Position numbers and translations under genes: made by a program. The notes under the pieces are model-generated. The model was given only the letters and a program-made list of their open reading frames with translations, made no database searches and was not told the DNA's origin. From positions 1 through 64,000 of the IMG/VR virus record IMGVR_UViG_3300021399_000134: a stretch of DNA of 64,000 nucleotides, one strand, 5' to 3'. This document shows, one piece after another, positions 9,856 through 19,901 of this stretch. Source of the DNA: a virus (lineage: Duplodnaviria; Caudoviricetes). Within the stretch, counting starts at the first letter, position 1, and every line of letters begins with the position of its first letter.

Positions 9856-10851
9856 TTATTCACCACCTTTCGTTATTATTGATAATGAACCACCGAAGTT
9901 TAAGATTTGAGTATTAGTATCTGTAGTGGTAAACATATTAAACGTGCTATATAAATTAGTATATCCATAGCCTGCCACAAGCATTTTGCAATATTCACAA
10001 ATATTACTATCATTAACAAATGTAGCATAACTTCCAAAGAACGCACCATCAAATCCAGTAGTAGAAGTACTATCTGGTATTCCCATTCTTTTACTAGAAA
10101 TTGCTCTAAATACTGTTGAGTTATTAGAAGTATTTATATAATATCCTGCTCCATATATAGGAGATGAACCAACATCAACAAAATAAACAAAACCATAAGA
10201 GTTAACTACGGTGTAATATTTATATCCACCAGTAAGATATTGTTCTCCACTCAATGTTGCCCCATTTTCATATGGTAGTAGATAATAATTGTTTCCATTT
10301 TTACAATATGCAAGACCAGCTTCAGTATGACCATTTAAATATATTAAGCCACATAAAGTATAGTCAGATGTTACACTACTAACATCATCTGTATATTCAA
10401 GCCCAACTGCAGTTGCATAATCTTGATAAGTAGTATCAGTTAATGTGTTTGGTGTTGTGTATTCTATAACATTATCAACATTGCCTTCATAGGCTGCCCA
10501 TGCACCTACATAAGATACTGACACATCAACTATCGGATAACTTCCACCACCACTACCACCAATCATCGACACCATTATTGTAATTAATTCATCTAATGTA
10601 TTATCTACTGTGGCTGTACCGCCTTTTGCTACAATTGCATTAACCAGGGCTACTTTTTTTGTATTTAATGGGGTAGTCACATCATTGGCTATAACCGAGT
10701 ATAATGAACCTGAAAGAATTTGATTGTCACTATTTTCAGTAGGCACATTATCTGTTTCAAGTTTAGTAATCTTCTCGTTTAATGCAGCAGTAATCACTTT
10801 GTTTTGTAGCATATTACTAGAAGTGCTACTTAAAGTTGTATCAATTGCCAT
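9856..10851 (-). CDS. modular tail-fibre-like protein
   Basis: Same N-terminal modules as its neighbours; unique Tyr/Gly-rich C-terminus. Confidence 0.6.
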   Translation of the reverse strand: MAIDTTLSSTSSNMLQNKVITAALNEKITKLETDNVPTENSDNQILSGSLYSVIANDVTTPLNTKKVALVNAIVAKGGTATVDNTLDELITIMVSMIGGSGGGSYPIVDVSVSYVGAWAAYEGNVDNVIEYTTPNTLTDTTYQDYATAVGLEYTDDVSSVTSDYTLCGLIYLNGHTEAGLAYCKNGNNYYLLPYENGATLSGEQYLTGGYKYYTVVNSYGFVYFVDVGSSPIYGAGYYINTSNNSTVFRAISSKRMGIPDSTSTTGFDGAFFGSYATFVNDSNICEYCKMLVAGYGYTNLYSTFNMFTTTDTNTQILNFGGSLSIITKGGE

Positions 10852-10870
10852 TTACTTTATTCCTCCTTTC

Positions 10871-12214
10871 TTATGCTATTGCACTTGCAAAATCTTGTAA
10901 TGCAGAATAAATAGCACCACTTTTAATTAAGTTGTCACTATTTTCTGTAGGTACAGTATCATATACTATATCGCTTGATTCTGGCATGCTATTTAAAACA
11001 CCTGCAAGAGAATAATTGCTTACACCAGCATTAGTGTTAGTAGAATCAACGAAAGAAAGTATGGTAATACCAGTATCTTCATCTACCAACACATCCTCTT
11101 TTAATACAGCAATAATTTTATTGTAATATGATGCGTCAGGATCGTTAGGATTAGAAACAACTACTCTATTATTTAAAACAAAATAATTCTTTTCTTCGTT
11201 GTCATAAAATCTACTAAAATGCGTATTACTATTATATGCAGAACCTTGCCTAATATTAGGGTTATAATAAAATGTCGAATTATAATATGCACAAACATCT
11301 TCTTGCATAATAATTCCAGGATTAGTTCCTGCTGTTGATAAAGAACCACCAGTCATAACATAGTAATTAGATGAAGTATTACCCCAAACGGAATCACTTA
11401 ATGAATTAATGCCATACGCAGAATTATCGCCTTTACCAACAAACGCAAAGAAACTGTTATTTCCACTAATATTGACAGCAGTTGCTATTAATACAGCATT
11501 TCCATCTATAATCTTTTTGGTTTGTGAATTGCATTCAAAGGCAATCATTACTCCTAGTGAACTATTTTTATATATACCAATACCTATATTGTTTAGCAAA
11601 TATGTACTTCCAGAAATCGAATTGCCATAGAAAGGTCTTACTCGAATTCCAGAATTATAATAATCGACAATAAGACCTGCATTAATACCGTAATCATAGT
11701 ACAACTTTACTCCGTAATCGGTAAGAGTATAAGGACAACTTAAATTTGCAGTAAGTTTCTTTTGTAATTCACTAACATTTGTGGCTAATGAAGATACTTG
11801 TACCAATCCTTTAGATATTAATGTAGTTAAGTCATCATAATATGTAGGATTCACTACTGGAGAAGTACCCCAAACCGTACCACTCACTTCACTACTTCCT
11901 GAAGATATTTCAGCAATATTGTTTGCCATAGTTTCAAAAGTTGCATCAGATGCGGTGGCTACACCTTTCTCAGTGATAGCACTAGCCACCAAAGCCTTGC
12001 CATCACCGACAGAGTTTTTTAGGTTATTAATTTCTAATGTAATTACCTTATTCTGAACTGGGTTTTCTGATGTAGAACTTAATGTGGAGTCAATTGTTAC
12101 TTTTGCCTCATTAAGCAATCTATCAATTGTTTCAAAGTTGTCATTGAAATCATCAACATTATAATAATCAGTTTGTGCTGGTAATTTCATATGGTAATTG
12201 TCTGTGTAATTCAT
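10871..12214 (-). CDS. modular tail-fibre-like protein
   Basis: MNYTDNYHMKLPAQTDYYNVDDFNDNF fibre-type N-terminus; SAITEKGV module; C-terminal PTENS repeat. Confidence 0.65.
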   Translation of the reverse strand: MNYTDNYHMKLPAQTDYYNVDDFNDNFETIDRLLNEAKVTIDSTLSSTSENPVQNKVITLEINNLKNSVGDGKALVASAITEKGVATASDATFETMANNIAEISSGSSEVSGTVWGTSPVVNPTYYDDLTTLISKGLVQVSSLATNVSELQKKLTANLSCPYTLTDYGVKLYYDYGINAGLIVDYYNSGIRVRPFYGNSISGSTYLLNNIGIGIYKNSSLGVMIAFECNSQTKKIIDGNAVLIATAVNISGNNSFFAFVGKGDNSAYGINSLSDSVWGNTSSNYYVMTGGSLSTAGTNPGIIMQEDVCAYYNSTFYYNPNIRQGSAYNSNTHFSRFYDNEEKNYFVLNNRVVVSNPNDPDASYYNKIIAVLKEDVLVDEDTGITILSFVDSTNTNAGVSNYSLAGVLNSMPESSDIVYDTVPTENSDNLIKSGAIYSALQDFASAIA

Positions 12215-12218
12215 AAAA

Positions 12219-13406
12219 TTACTCCTTTCTGTGTTCTACGAAGTTACCTTCTTCGTCGAATAACATCGTGTCTTTGATTTTTATTAATTGATTATAATCC
12301 CATGAAAATGCCTCATATCCCTCATTGACATAAGTATCAAAGTCTATCCAGGGTTCTGTGAATATAACATCAGAATAATTTTTGACTTTATAATATTCCT
12401 CTATTTTCTGTGTGTAATTGTATTTGTGGTACTGTGCCTTTAACATACACCTTAATTCGTCACAAGACGCTCTCAGAATGTTCCAATCATCTTCAAGGGT
12501 AGGAACATAGTCTGTGGTCGAAACATGTCTTAGAAAGGCTAAGAATGTGAAATAAGAGTACATGGTCATATTGAGCAGTTTTTCATCATAAGTCTTTGCA
12601 TTAAAAGGAACATTACATTCTTTACTTTTAATATACTTTAAAATGTTAACGCTACCATTCATGGTATATCCTGACAGCATATAACCATAATCAGGGTCTT
12701 TCCTAGACTGTGATTCTTGGTTCGGATACCACAAGTAATACAGACCGTCATTGTTAAGTAATAAGCCACTATAAGTCGTATCATTATCTAAAGCATAAAA
12801 AAAGCAAGACATCCAATAGTAATCTTCGGCATGTCTTGACTGTTCCTTGTTAAATCGTATATTATGCTCATTAATGAAATCTCTATTATATAATTTAGAG
12901 TTTACCCATACTCTGTTAGTTGCTTCAATCACTTTTGTATGATTATCGTCAAATTCGAATACAGGTCCTGATACTATAGCAATCTTTTTTGCATCTGGAT
13001 TGTGTGCAGGTTTATTAGTTTCTAAATCTATAATAATATTATTATTAGCGTCTTTTAGCACTTGTGAGCCTTCAACTGCTCCAACAAATAATGAAATTGC
13101 TAATCCATTGCCTATTTGATCATCTTCATCCATAAACATAAAGTATTCATGTGTGGTATGGTCTATACCATATTGACGAGTTAAACCTTGTCCTATATTT
13201 TCTGGTGTAGTAATACATCTTATGTCTATGTCATTTTTATACCTATCAACTAAATCTTGGTAATTACAATCTGTGTTAGGACTACAATCATTAACAAGGG
13301 TTACATGGATATATTCTTTCTTCCATTGTGTTGCAATAGATGCTAAACCACGATTAATCAATTCAGGTTTTCCGTAACATGGAATTATTAAATCAATATC
13401 AAACAT
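12219..13406 (-). CDS. glycosyltransferase family 2 (GT-A fold)
   Basis: IDLIIPCY, VNDCS, NIGQGLTRQYG, FMFMDEDD (DxD). Confidence 0.9.
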   Translation of the reverse strand: MFDIDLIIPCYGKPELINRGLASIATQWKKEYIHVTLVNDCSPNTDCNYQDLVDRYKNDIDIRCITTPENIGQGLTRQYGIDHTTHEYFMFMDEDDQIGNGLAISLFVGAVEGSQVLKDANNNIIIDLETNKPAHNPDAKKIAIVSGPVFEFDDNHTKVIEATNRVWVNSKLYNRDFINEHNIRFNKEQSRHAEDYYWMSCFFYALDNDTTYSGLLLNNDGLYYLWYPNQESQSRKDPDYGYMLSGYTMNGSVNILKYIKSKECNVPFNAKTYDEKLLNMTMYSYFTFLAFLRHVSTTDYVPTLEDDWNILRASCDELRCMLKAQYHKYNYTQKIEEYYKVKNYSDVIFTEPWIDFDTYVNEGYEAFSWDYNQLIKIKDTMLFDEEGNFVEHRKE

Positions 13407-13432
13407 TTTTATCTCCTTTTATCCTTTAATCA

Positions 13433-14611
13433 TTAAATAACTTTATAATTAGTTTTAGTGTAATATACAGTTTCTTTAGAAACATCTGTATGCCACCATT
13501 GTGTAACTGTTGCTGGCACATATTCTGTATAATATGTACTGTAATGCGTTGCCGCTACATTGTTGTATGTATATGCATTTTCGGTTATCGAATATCTGAT
13601 TGCTTCCGAATAAGCAGCAGGATAATATGCAAACCGATTATACTCTACACTTGTTATGCCGATGGAAGTAAAAACATTGTCTGAACTTGGACTTCCAGTA
13701 ATATATTTAGTGGAAGATGCAGTAGTTACAAGATTTTCAATAATTTTACATGTTGATGATGTTCTAGCTTCTTGTAGATAAGAAATTCTTGTTCTGTATC
13801 TATTAAACATATAAGTATCGCTATGTGAATAAATCTCTCTAGTTGGTACTGTATCACTCTGTGTAGTAAAATAAGAGTCAGTATATAAATATTCTAAAGC
13901 ACTAGCAGGATAATAGAAACTAGAGTGTATGTATGATTGGTTTGTGTATGAATGATATGGATTATCCCTATGCTCATTCTCTGCTGTATAAGTATCAGAT
14001 GATACAAATTGTTTTACCTCGCCACTTTCAACATAACTAGATGATGTGCTTGTTTTGTACGATGTATGATTAACCATAGTAACAAATCTTTCTGTTACGC
14101 TATTTGTAGTTACACTTTCTGTTTGTGCACTTATTGCTCTGGCAGTAGTTGATATATCGTTGGTACTTATCATAGCATTACTGGTGTAATAAGTAGAACT
14201 AATCGTTTTAAAGGAATAAGAAATTTGTTCTTGTGCTGACACTTCAAAAGATGAACTGCGTCTTTCTGCTGTTGGAACACCAGGAGATACATTTAATATT
14301 AAAGGAAATGAACTATAAATTTGTGATTCATTTTCTGTTATTCGTACAACTATTTTTAATTCGCCTAATTCAACTGTTAATTCATTATCAACTACCATCA
14401 GAATCATATTATTGTCACTGTCAATAGTAAAACTAGGATTTGCTAAATTGCCATCATCGGCAATTATAGTAATGTTTTTATCTGCAACGCTCATTTTTTG
14501 GTCATCATTCCATAAAGTTATACCTATAATGGTTGATACACTTTGATACTGTACAACATCTACCATAGGAGTGGAAGAACCACTCTGCAAGTTAATTTTC
14601 TTAATAATCAT
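13433..14611 (-). CDS. BppU-like baseplate anchor fused to a Ser/Thr/Tyr-rich domain
   Basis: N-terminal ~125 aa BppU-like (VQYQ..GITL..GELKIVVRITE..SSFPLILNV); C-terminal ~260 aa about one-third S+T by manual count. Confidence 0.6.
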   Translation of the reverse strand: MIIKKINLQSGSSTPMVDVVQYQSVSTIIGITLWNDDQKMSVADKNITIIADDGNLANPSFTIDSDNNMILMVVDNELTVELGELKIVVRITENESQIYSSFPLILNVSPGVPTAERRSSSFEVSAQEQISYSFKTISSTYYTSNAMISTNDISTTARAISAQTESVTTNSVTERFVTMVNHTSYKTSTSSSYVESGEVKQFVSSDTYTAENEHRDNPYHSYTNQSYIHSSFYYPASALEYLYTDSYFTTQSDTVPTREIYSHSDTYMFNRYRTRISYLQEARTSSTCKIIENLVTTASSTKYITGSPSSDNVFTSIGITSVEYNRFAYYPAAYSEAIRYSITENAYTYNNVAATHYSTYYTEYVPATVTQWWHTDVSKETVYYTKTNYKVI

Positions 14612-14627
14612 TTTTCTTTCACTCCTT

Positions 14628-15050
14628 TCACGATACCACTTTTATTTGAAATGAAAATGTTGTTGCATTTACTGCACTAATCAACATAGCATTGTGTCGA
14701 TAATATGATAACCTAGCATTAGTAAAAGGCGACAAACCTTGATGCATGATTTCGTTATCGCTAGTAAAATCAACATTAACAGTATGTACACCTTTTGTCA
14801 TACTAGGTAATACAAAACAAACATTACTATAATTCAATATAGTTCCTTTAGATAAACATATACTCGTGCCATCATCTAATACTTCTTGTAAGTATGCGTC
14901 TCCCTTTGAAGGTAGCAACAATGCTTTATTACCTTCGTTTAATGTCGCAACTATAATATTTGTATTTACTGAACCATCAGCAATAAAAATGGGCTGAAAA
15001 TTATTTCTCTGTTCAGTATTTAAATCTATTTTATGTGATATTGCATCCAT
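14628..15050 (-). CDS. baseplate (BppU-like) protein
   Basis: Position; beta-rich with a TFSFQIKV end. Confidence 0.45.
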   Translation of the reverse strand: MDAISHKIDLNTEQRNNFQPIFIADGSVNTNIIVATLNEGNKALLLPSKGDAYLQEVLDDGTSICLSKGTILNYSNVCFVLPSMTKGVHTVNVDFTSDNEIMHQGLSPFTNARLSYYRHNAMLISAVNATTFSFQIKVVS

Positions 15051-15052
15051 TA

Positions 15053-18000
15053 TTAATTATTGCTCCCTTCTTTTAATTTTTCTATTTCTGCATTAAGTTT
15101 TTGGATTTCTTTGATTAAGTATGGTATGAATATATTATATTCAATTGATGGAATATCATTAGTTGAATGTATTGCTCTCGGAATTATTTCATACACTTCT
15201 TCAGCGATTAAACCAACTTTATCTTTACCACCATATCCAACCTTATAATCAAAAGTTACTGGATTTAATTGAAGTATTTTATCAGCTTCTTCATATGACA
15301 TACTTTCAATATTATCTTTTACTTTTTTAGAAGATGGTGTAATAACGGTGGCTTCTAGACTACCATATGTTTCTGTAGTGCCATCTGTTATTGCTTTAAG
15401 GTGTATAACACCATCATTGTTATACTGTATAAGTCTAGCAGTAAAATCATACGACTGAATATTAGCTACATGAAAATCAATATACGGTGTTTGATGATAT
15501 AATTCTGTACCACCATTTACAGTAAGATTTGAGATAGTTGCGTTGGTTACTGCTAAATAACTTGCATTGGTGTTACCATTATAATATAAATAACTTGAAA
15601 TTATGTTACCTGACGCACCACTTAAATAAATACCCCAGGTGTTATATAACTCATGTGAACTATCCAAATCATACGGTAATCCAACGGATACTTGTGAATC
15701 AATAGTAGTATCACTATTGATTCTGTATGTATGGTAATATGTTGGATTGATGCCAGATTCATATACATAATTGCCAATATAAGAATAGACAGATAGGTTA
15801 TTAGTATTGTTACCACCAAATAATGATAATTTACCATTTGCAATATTGACATTACTTGTACCATCTGTACTTGCAAAACTACCACTGGTGGCATTAACTT
15901 GTCCTGAAAAACTTGCATTACCATCTGTTTGTGCAGACATTACCGCATTACCATTAGTATCTTTTATAGTAATTCCATTTTCATCAATTAAGACAGTACC
16001 ATTGCTTTGACTATGAATAATTAACTGTTCACCCAAAATTAATTCGCCAATAATCGCTTCTGCTAATAGTCCGTATTTTTCTGTTATTACTCCACTTATA
16101 GGGTCAGTAACGCTAATTTTACCTAACGCTGCTTTTGTATGTTTCCAACCATCATCTGTGAAACATAGTAAGTTATTAATAATTCTGATTTGTTGGTCAG
16201 TATAATCGCCAGCTATTTCATCATATTCTCTACCAGTAATTCCACGCTCATCAATAACAAAACTTTGATTAGTGGCAGAAGTAATTCTAGAATTAGCAAC
16301 ATCTAAGCCATTAGTCAAAATATTCGTTAATGTACTTTGAGCTTCGCTACCTCTTTGGGATTGTTTAGCATAAAAATTAAAATTACTTGCTAAAGATGAT
16401 GCTTGAGATATGATTTGAGATACATCATCAATGTCTGAGCCTGCTATCTTGGTAACATTAGAAAATGATACACCAATACTTGCTAGGTTAGAATAATCAT
16501 ATTCAATACTAATCAATTTTAATTTAAAAATATCATCATCAATACGCACTCGTATATAATTACCTAAATCAAATTTATCCCATAAAGGCTTAAACTCAGG
16601 CAAAACTAAAAGGTTAGAAATATTAGTTTCAATAGAATAGTTTAATTCACAAGCCTTCTCAATTTCTTTTTCAGCTTGTTTTAGCAATTCTTCAACATTT
16701 TGCATTAATGTATATTCATCAATATCTTCGCCTATGTAATTATCATTATGGTATGTATCTTCTCTTTTGAATGAACATAATTCTTTCCAAAGTATTGTCA
16801 TATCTGACAAACCATATTTAATAGCATAATTTTCCAAGAAGGACTGCATATTCGTAATATTCTTAATATAATTAATACGACTTTGATAGTTTCGATTTTG
16901 CTCTTGCAAATCGTCTATTATGCCTTGCAAATAACCCATTCTAGCAGAAATACAACTCATAGCATTAACATATTTAGACATCAATGAATCGTAGATATAT
17001 TCATATCCACCTTCTTCGGTTATATATTTTGCTAAGTCTTTTTGACCTGATGATATGCTGTCATTTAATTCACTTAAAATCTGACTACAAGTTTCAAACA
17101 TATCATAAAATGAACTTAGTCTATTTATAGAAAACTTTGTATAATGCAAATCTGGTAAACCACTTGGATCTGTTTTTTCATCATATGCCATATATGTGGT
17201 TGCATCACAACCAGATACAAAACTGCCATCATCATCCATAGGTCTAGGTTGAAATGTTACTTTGGTTTCGTCAGCGTCTACTTTAGCCATACCGATTTCT
17301 AATTGTTGTTTTAAGTATCTAAAGTAATTAGTAGTAAAGTATTCCACATTATCTACTTCTGTAGTAGTTTCTGTAGCGTCATATATCGGTAACGAAATTG
17401 TAGCAGAAGTGTACTCATCATTATAAATAATAGCACCTTCTGATGTTGATACAGTATAATCCTCAGTATGAATCCACAATTTAAATGACATATAAGTAAT
17501 ATCAGTATTAAATAGTACATCTTTTAATTCCAATGTATATCCTGATGTCAAAAACATTTTTGCATAACGTAACACATTCTTTTCAATTTGACTTGTTGGT
17601 GTATAATTCATTTTGCAAGTGTATTTCATCTGACTCATAATATCTAAATAAATTGCTCTAGCATCTTTTGAAGTAGTATCAATACTAGGCATAAGAGTAG
17701 ACTGATAGTAGGTAATCTTTTCAATATTAGCATTATATGCATCCCACAAGTAATTATACTCTTGTTGGTAATCATCTACTAAGGCTTGATGTTCGATTAT
17801 AGCCTTTTGTAAATCCTCAGACATTTTAGCAATTTGAAAATTAGAAAATTTCCAAATATAATTACCATCCATTAATCTATTACCTAGACGATTAGTAATT
17901 AAGTCATCGCCACCTTCAATTCTAAAACAATTCTTGACTTCATCTCTAGCACCTGTTAGAGTTAAACTTTCCGCTAGAATTTTAGTATCATCAATGAATA

Positions 18001-18721
18001 CACCAGTATCTTCGCCATATGCCTTTTGAATATTAGTTGATACACACTCTTGGCATACACCTTCATCTATGTCTGTACTTTGGCAATCTAAACATCTATC
18101 CACTAAAGTATAAACGGATACTGCTCTAGAAAATCTATCAAATATAAAAATACATTCTAATTCTTGAGCAATATTATTTACAAAATCGTATATTGTTGTA
18201 TTGTCACAAGAAAAAGTTCTTTGAATATTACACAAGCATTTATCAACATGTTTGATACTGTAATGTGGCATATTTCTAAAAATCAAATCCAACATTGACC
18301 TATTAGGGTTTGCTGAATCATAAAAGACTGTTTGTTGATAATTTTCATTTTCAACTATTTCTTCTTCAGTATTAAATGCAATTGTAATATAAGTTTGAGA
18401 TAATTCTACTTCAGCTAATGACTGACCTGTGATAGATTTTGATAATGCATTATCTTCACTAACAGACGCTGCTATTTCAAAATAACCATGATTTTCTACA
18501 AACACAATAGATAAATCAGTAATTTTCTCCCATAGTGCCATTTCTTGTTGGTTATTCAGTTTAAAAATTTTAAATGATATTTCTGCATTTGAATTGAAGT
18601 TTTCATTTATTTTCAAATCATATACAGGATAAATCTCATTAACTTTATTAAGCATTCTGTCACATAGAAACACTTTATTTTCAAGAATAGTATTATCATT
18701 TTGTAATATGAATTTAGACAT
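15053..18721 (-). CDS. tail spike/Tal-like protein with C-terminal intramolecular chaperone (peptidase S74-like)
   Basis: Follows Dit; SSKKVKDNI..LQLNPVTFDYK..GLIAEEV..IPYLIKEIQ C-terminus. Confidence 0.8.
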   Translation of the reverse strand: MSKFILQNDNTILENKVFLCDRMLNKVNEIYPVYDLKINENFNSNAEISFKIFKLNNQQEMALWEKITDLSIVFVENHGYFEIAASVSEDNALSKSITGQSLAEVELSQTYITIAFNTEEEIVENENYQQTVFYDSANPNRSMLDLIFRNMPHYSIKHVDKCLCNIQRTFSCDNTTIYDFVNNIAQELECIFIFDRFSRAVSVYTLVDRCLDCQSTDIDEGVCQECVSTNIQKAYGEDTGVFIDDTKILAESLTLTGARDEVKNCFRIEGGDDLITNRLGNRLMDGNYIWKFSNFQIAKMSEDLQKAIIEHQALVDDYQQEYNYLWDAYNANIEKITYYQSTLMPSIDTTSKDARAIYLDIMSQMKYTCKMNYTPTSQIEKNVLRYAKMFLTSGYTLELKDVLFNTDITYMSFKLWIHTEDYTVSTSEGAIIYNDEYTSATISLPIYDATETTTEVDNVEYFTTNYFRYLKQQLEIGMAKVDADETKVTFQPRPMDDDGSFVSGCDATTYMAYDEKTDPSGLPDLHYTKFSINRLSSFYDMFETCSQILSELNDSISSGQKDLAKYITEEGGYEYIYDSLMSKYVNAMSCISARMGYLQGIIDDLQEQNRNYQSRINYIKNITNMQSFLENYAIKYGLSDMTILWKELCSFKREDTYHNDNYIGEDIDEYTLMQNVEELLKQAEKEIEKACELNYSIETNISNLLVLPEFKPLWDKFDLGNYIRVRIDDDIFKLKLISIEYDYSNLASIGVSFSNVTKIAGSDIDDVSQIISQASSLASNFNFYAKQSQRGSEAQSTLTNILTNGLDVANSRITSATNQSFVIDERGITGREYDEIAGDYTDQQIRIINNLLCFTDDGWKHTKAALGKISVTDPISGVITEKYGLLAEAIIGELILGEQLIIHSQSNGTVLIDENGITIKDTNGNAVMSAQTDGNASFSGQVNATSGSFASTDGTSNVNIANGKLSLFGGNNTNNLSVYSYIGNYVYESGINPTYYHTYRINSDTTIDSQVSVGLPYDLDSSHELYNTWGIYLSGASGNIISSYLYYNGNTNASYLAVTNATISNLTVNGGTELYHQTPYIDFHVANIQSYDFTARLIQYNNDGVIHLKAITDGTTETYGSLEATVITPSSKKVKDNIESMSYEEADKILQLNPVTFDYKVGYGGKDKVGLIAEEVYEIIPRAIHSTNDIPSIEYNIFIPYLIKEIQKLNAEIEKLKEGSNN

Positions 18722-19563
18722 TAGGCACTCACCATCCTTACCGTTCTATATGTAAGTGTTATTTCAAATGAACCAGATTTGACCGTATAAGTATTTCTTC
18801 TGTAAGGTATCAAATTATTATAATCATACATATAAATTAAGCGTGGATAGAGGAAATTAAAATCATTACCTAAATCATGAGAGTCTACAGTAGAATATAT
18901 TTGTCTATTCTCTATCGTTATTGTTTCTGCACTACTACAATTTTTAATAATAGTTGAATAATCTTTGTCAGGGCAATACTGTGAATCTAAATCATTTATG
19001 ATTTCTATATCACAATTAGCAGTAGGTTTAATCACTACTTTATCAAAGAGTAATTCCCCTTCTTTATCACTATCATTATATAAACTAAACGCAACACTAG
19101 GTAAGAGAGTAGCAGTATAAGTCTGTTCAGGCGAAAAACCATAAGGAGCATTACATAAACCTGTAACTTCTAAACCTACTTTTTTGCCACCCCACTCTAT
19201 TGGTTTTACATTTAGTTGACAATTAAAATATGTGTCAGTATATCCATCTTGTATAAATCTTAACCATTTATACCCATCTCGTCTTTGTAACCACGACATA
19301 ATAAAGGCATATTCTTCCCTAGATATTGTTTCTTCTATATCATTATCACAGTCATATTTGCCTATTTGAAAAGTAAAAGTTAATGGGTTTTCAACTGTGG
19401 AACTATGCATGTACCACATGTCAGAACTACCAGGCTTTGATGTATTAAATGTAACTTCTCCACCAGTATCAATAGCACCATCAGTATTACCATCAAAATT
19501 CATAATATATAAATTTAGATTAGATGCTAACAGTCCATTAAATTCAAAGGTTTTTGCGTACAT
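18721..19563 (-). CDS. distal tail protein (Dit-like)
   Basis: Position after the TMP; FEFNG..CNAPYGFS motif. Confidence 0.7.
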   Translation of the reverse strand: MYAKTFEFNGLLASNLNLYIMNFDGNTDGAIDTGGEVTFNTSKPGSSDMWYMHSSTVENPLTFTFQIGKYDCDNDIEETISREEYAFIMSWLQRRDGYKWLRFIQDGYTDTYFNCQLNVKPIEWGGKKVGLEVTGLCNAPYGFSPEQTYTATLLPSVAFSLYNDSDKEGELLFDKVVIKPTANCDIEIINDLDSQYCPDKDYSTIIKNCSSAETITIENRQIYSTVDSHDLGNDFNFLYPRLIYMYDYNNLIPYRRNTYTVKSGSFEITLTYRTVRMVSA

Positions 19564-19831
19564 GTAGCACCTCCTTAAATTTAAATAATTGTTTTATCTT
19601 CCAAATAAAAATTTCTTTTTTTAAATTTATTCTTGCTTTTCTTCGCATACGTTTTAATTCTTTTATAGTTGAGTTTATTTCTGCAAATTCTTTGTTCACT
19701 CTTTCTAAACCATCTAATTGTATTTCGATTTCAAGTTGGTGTTTATTGTGTTCGTTTAACTTAGTGTTAAGTGCGTGTACTTTCTGTTCTAATTGCATGT
19801 TTTTCAACATCAGCATTTCATTTTTCTTCAT
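19544..19831 (-). CDS. hypothetical coiled-coil protein
   Basis: ORF track; SD GAGGT upstream. Confidence 0.6.
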   Translation of the reverse strand: MKKNEMLMLKNMQLEQKVHALNTKLNEHNKHQLEIEIQLDGLERVNKEFAEINSTIKELKRMRRKARINLKKEIFIWKIKQLFKFKEVLHVRKNL

Positions 19832-19845
19832 AATTCTACCTCACT

Positions 19846-19891
19846 AAAAATAACAAACCTACCTAGACTATATATAGCCTAAGTAGGTCTG
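19846..19891 (-). terminator. terminator-like hairpin after the tape measure gene
   Basis: AGACCTACTTAGGCTA / TAGTCTAGGTAGGTTT then GTTATTTTT. Confidence 0.65.
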
Positions 19892-19901
19892 CTTATAATA
19901 A

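Noticed and set aside
8863-18721. Diversity-generating retroelement or invertase shufflon acting on the fibres
   Set aside because: No reverse transcriptase, TR/VR pair, invertase or inverted repeat cassette was seen in the window.
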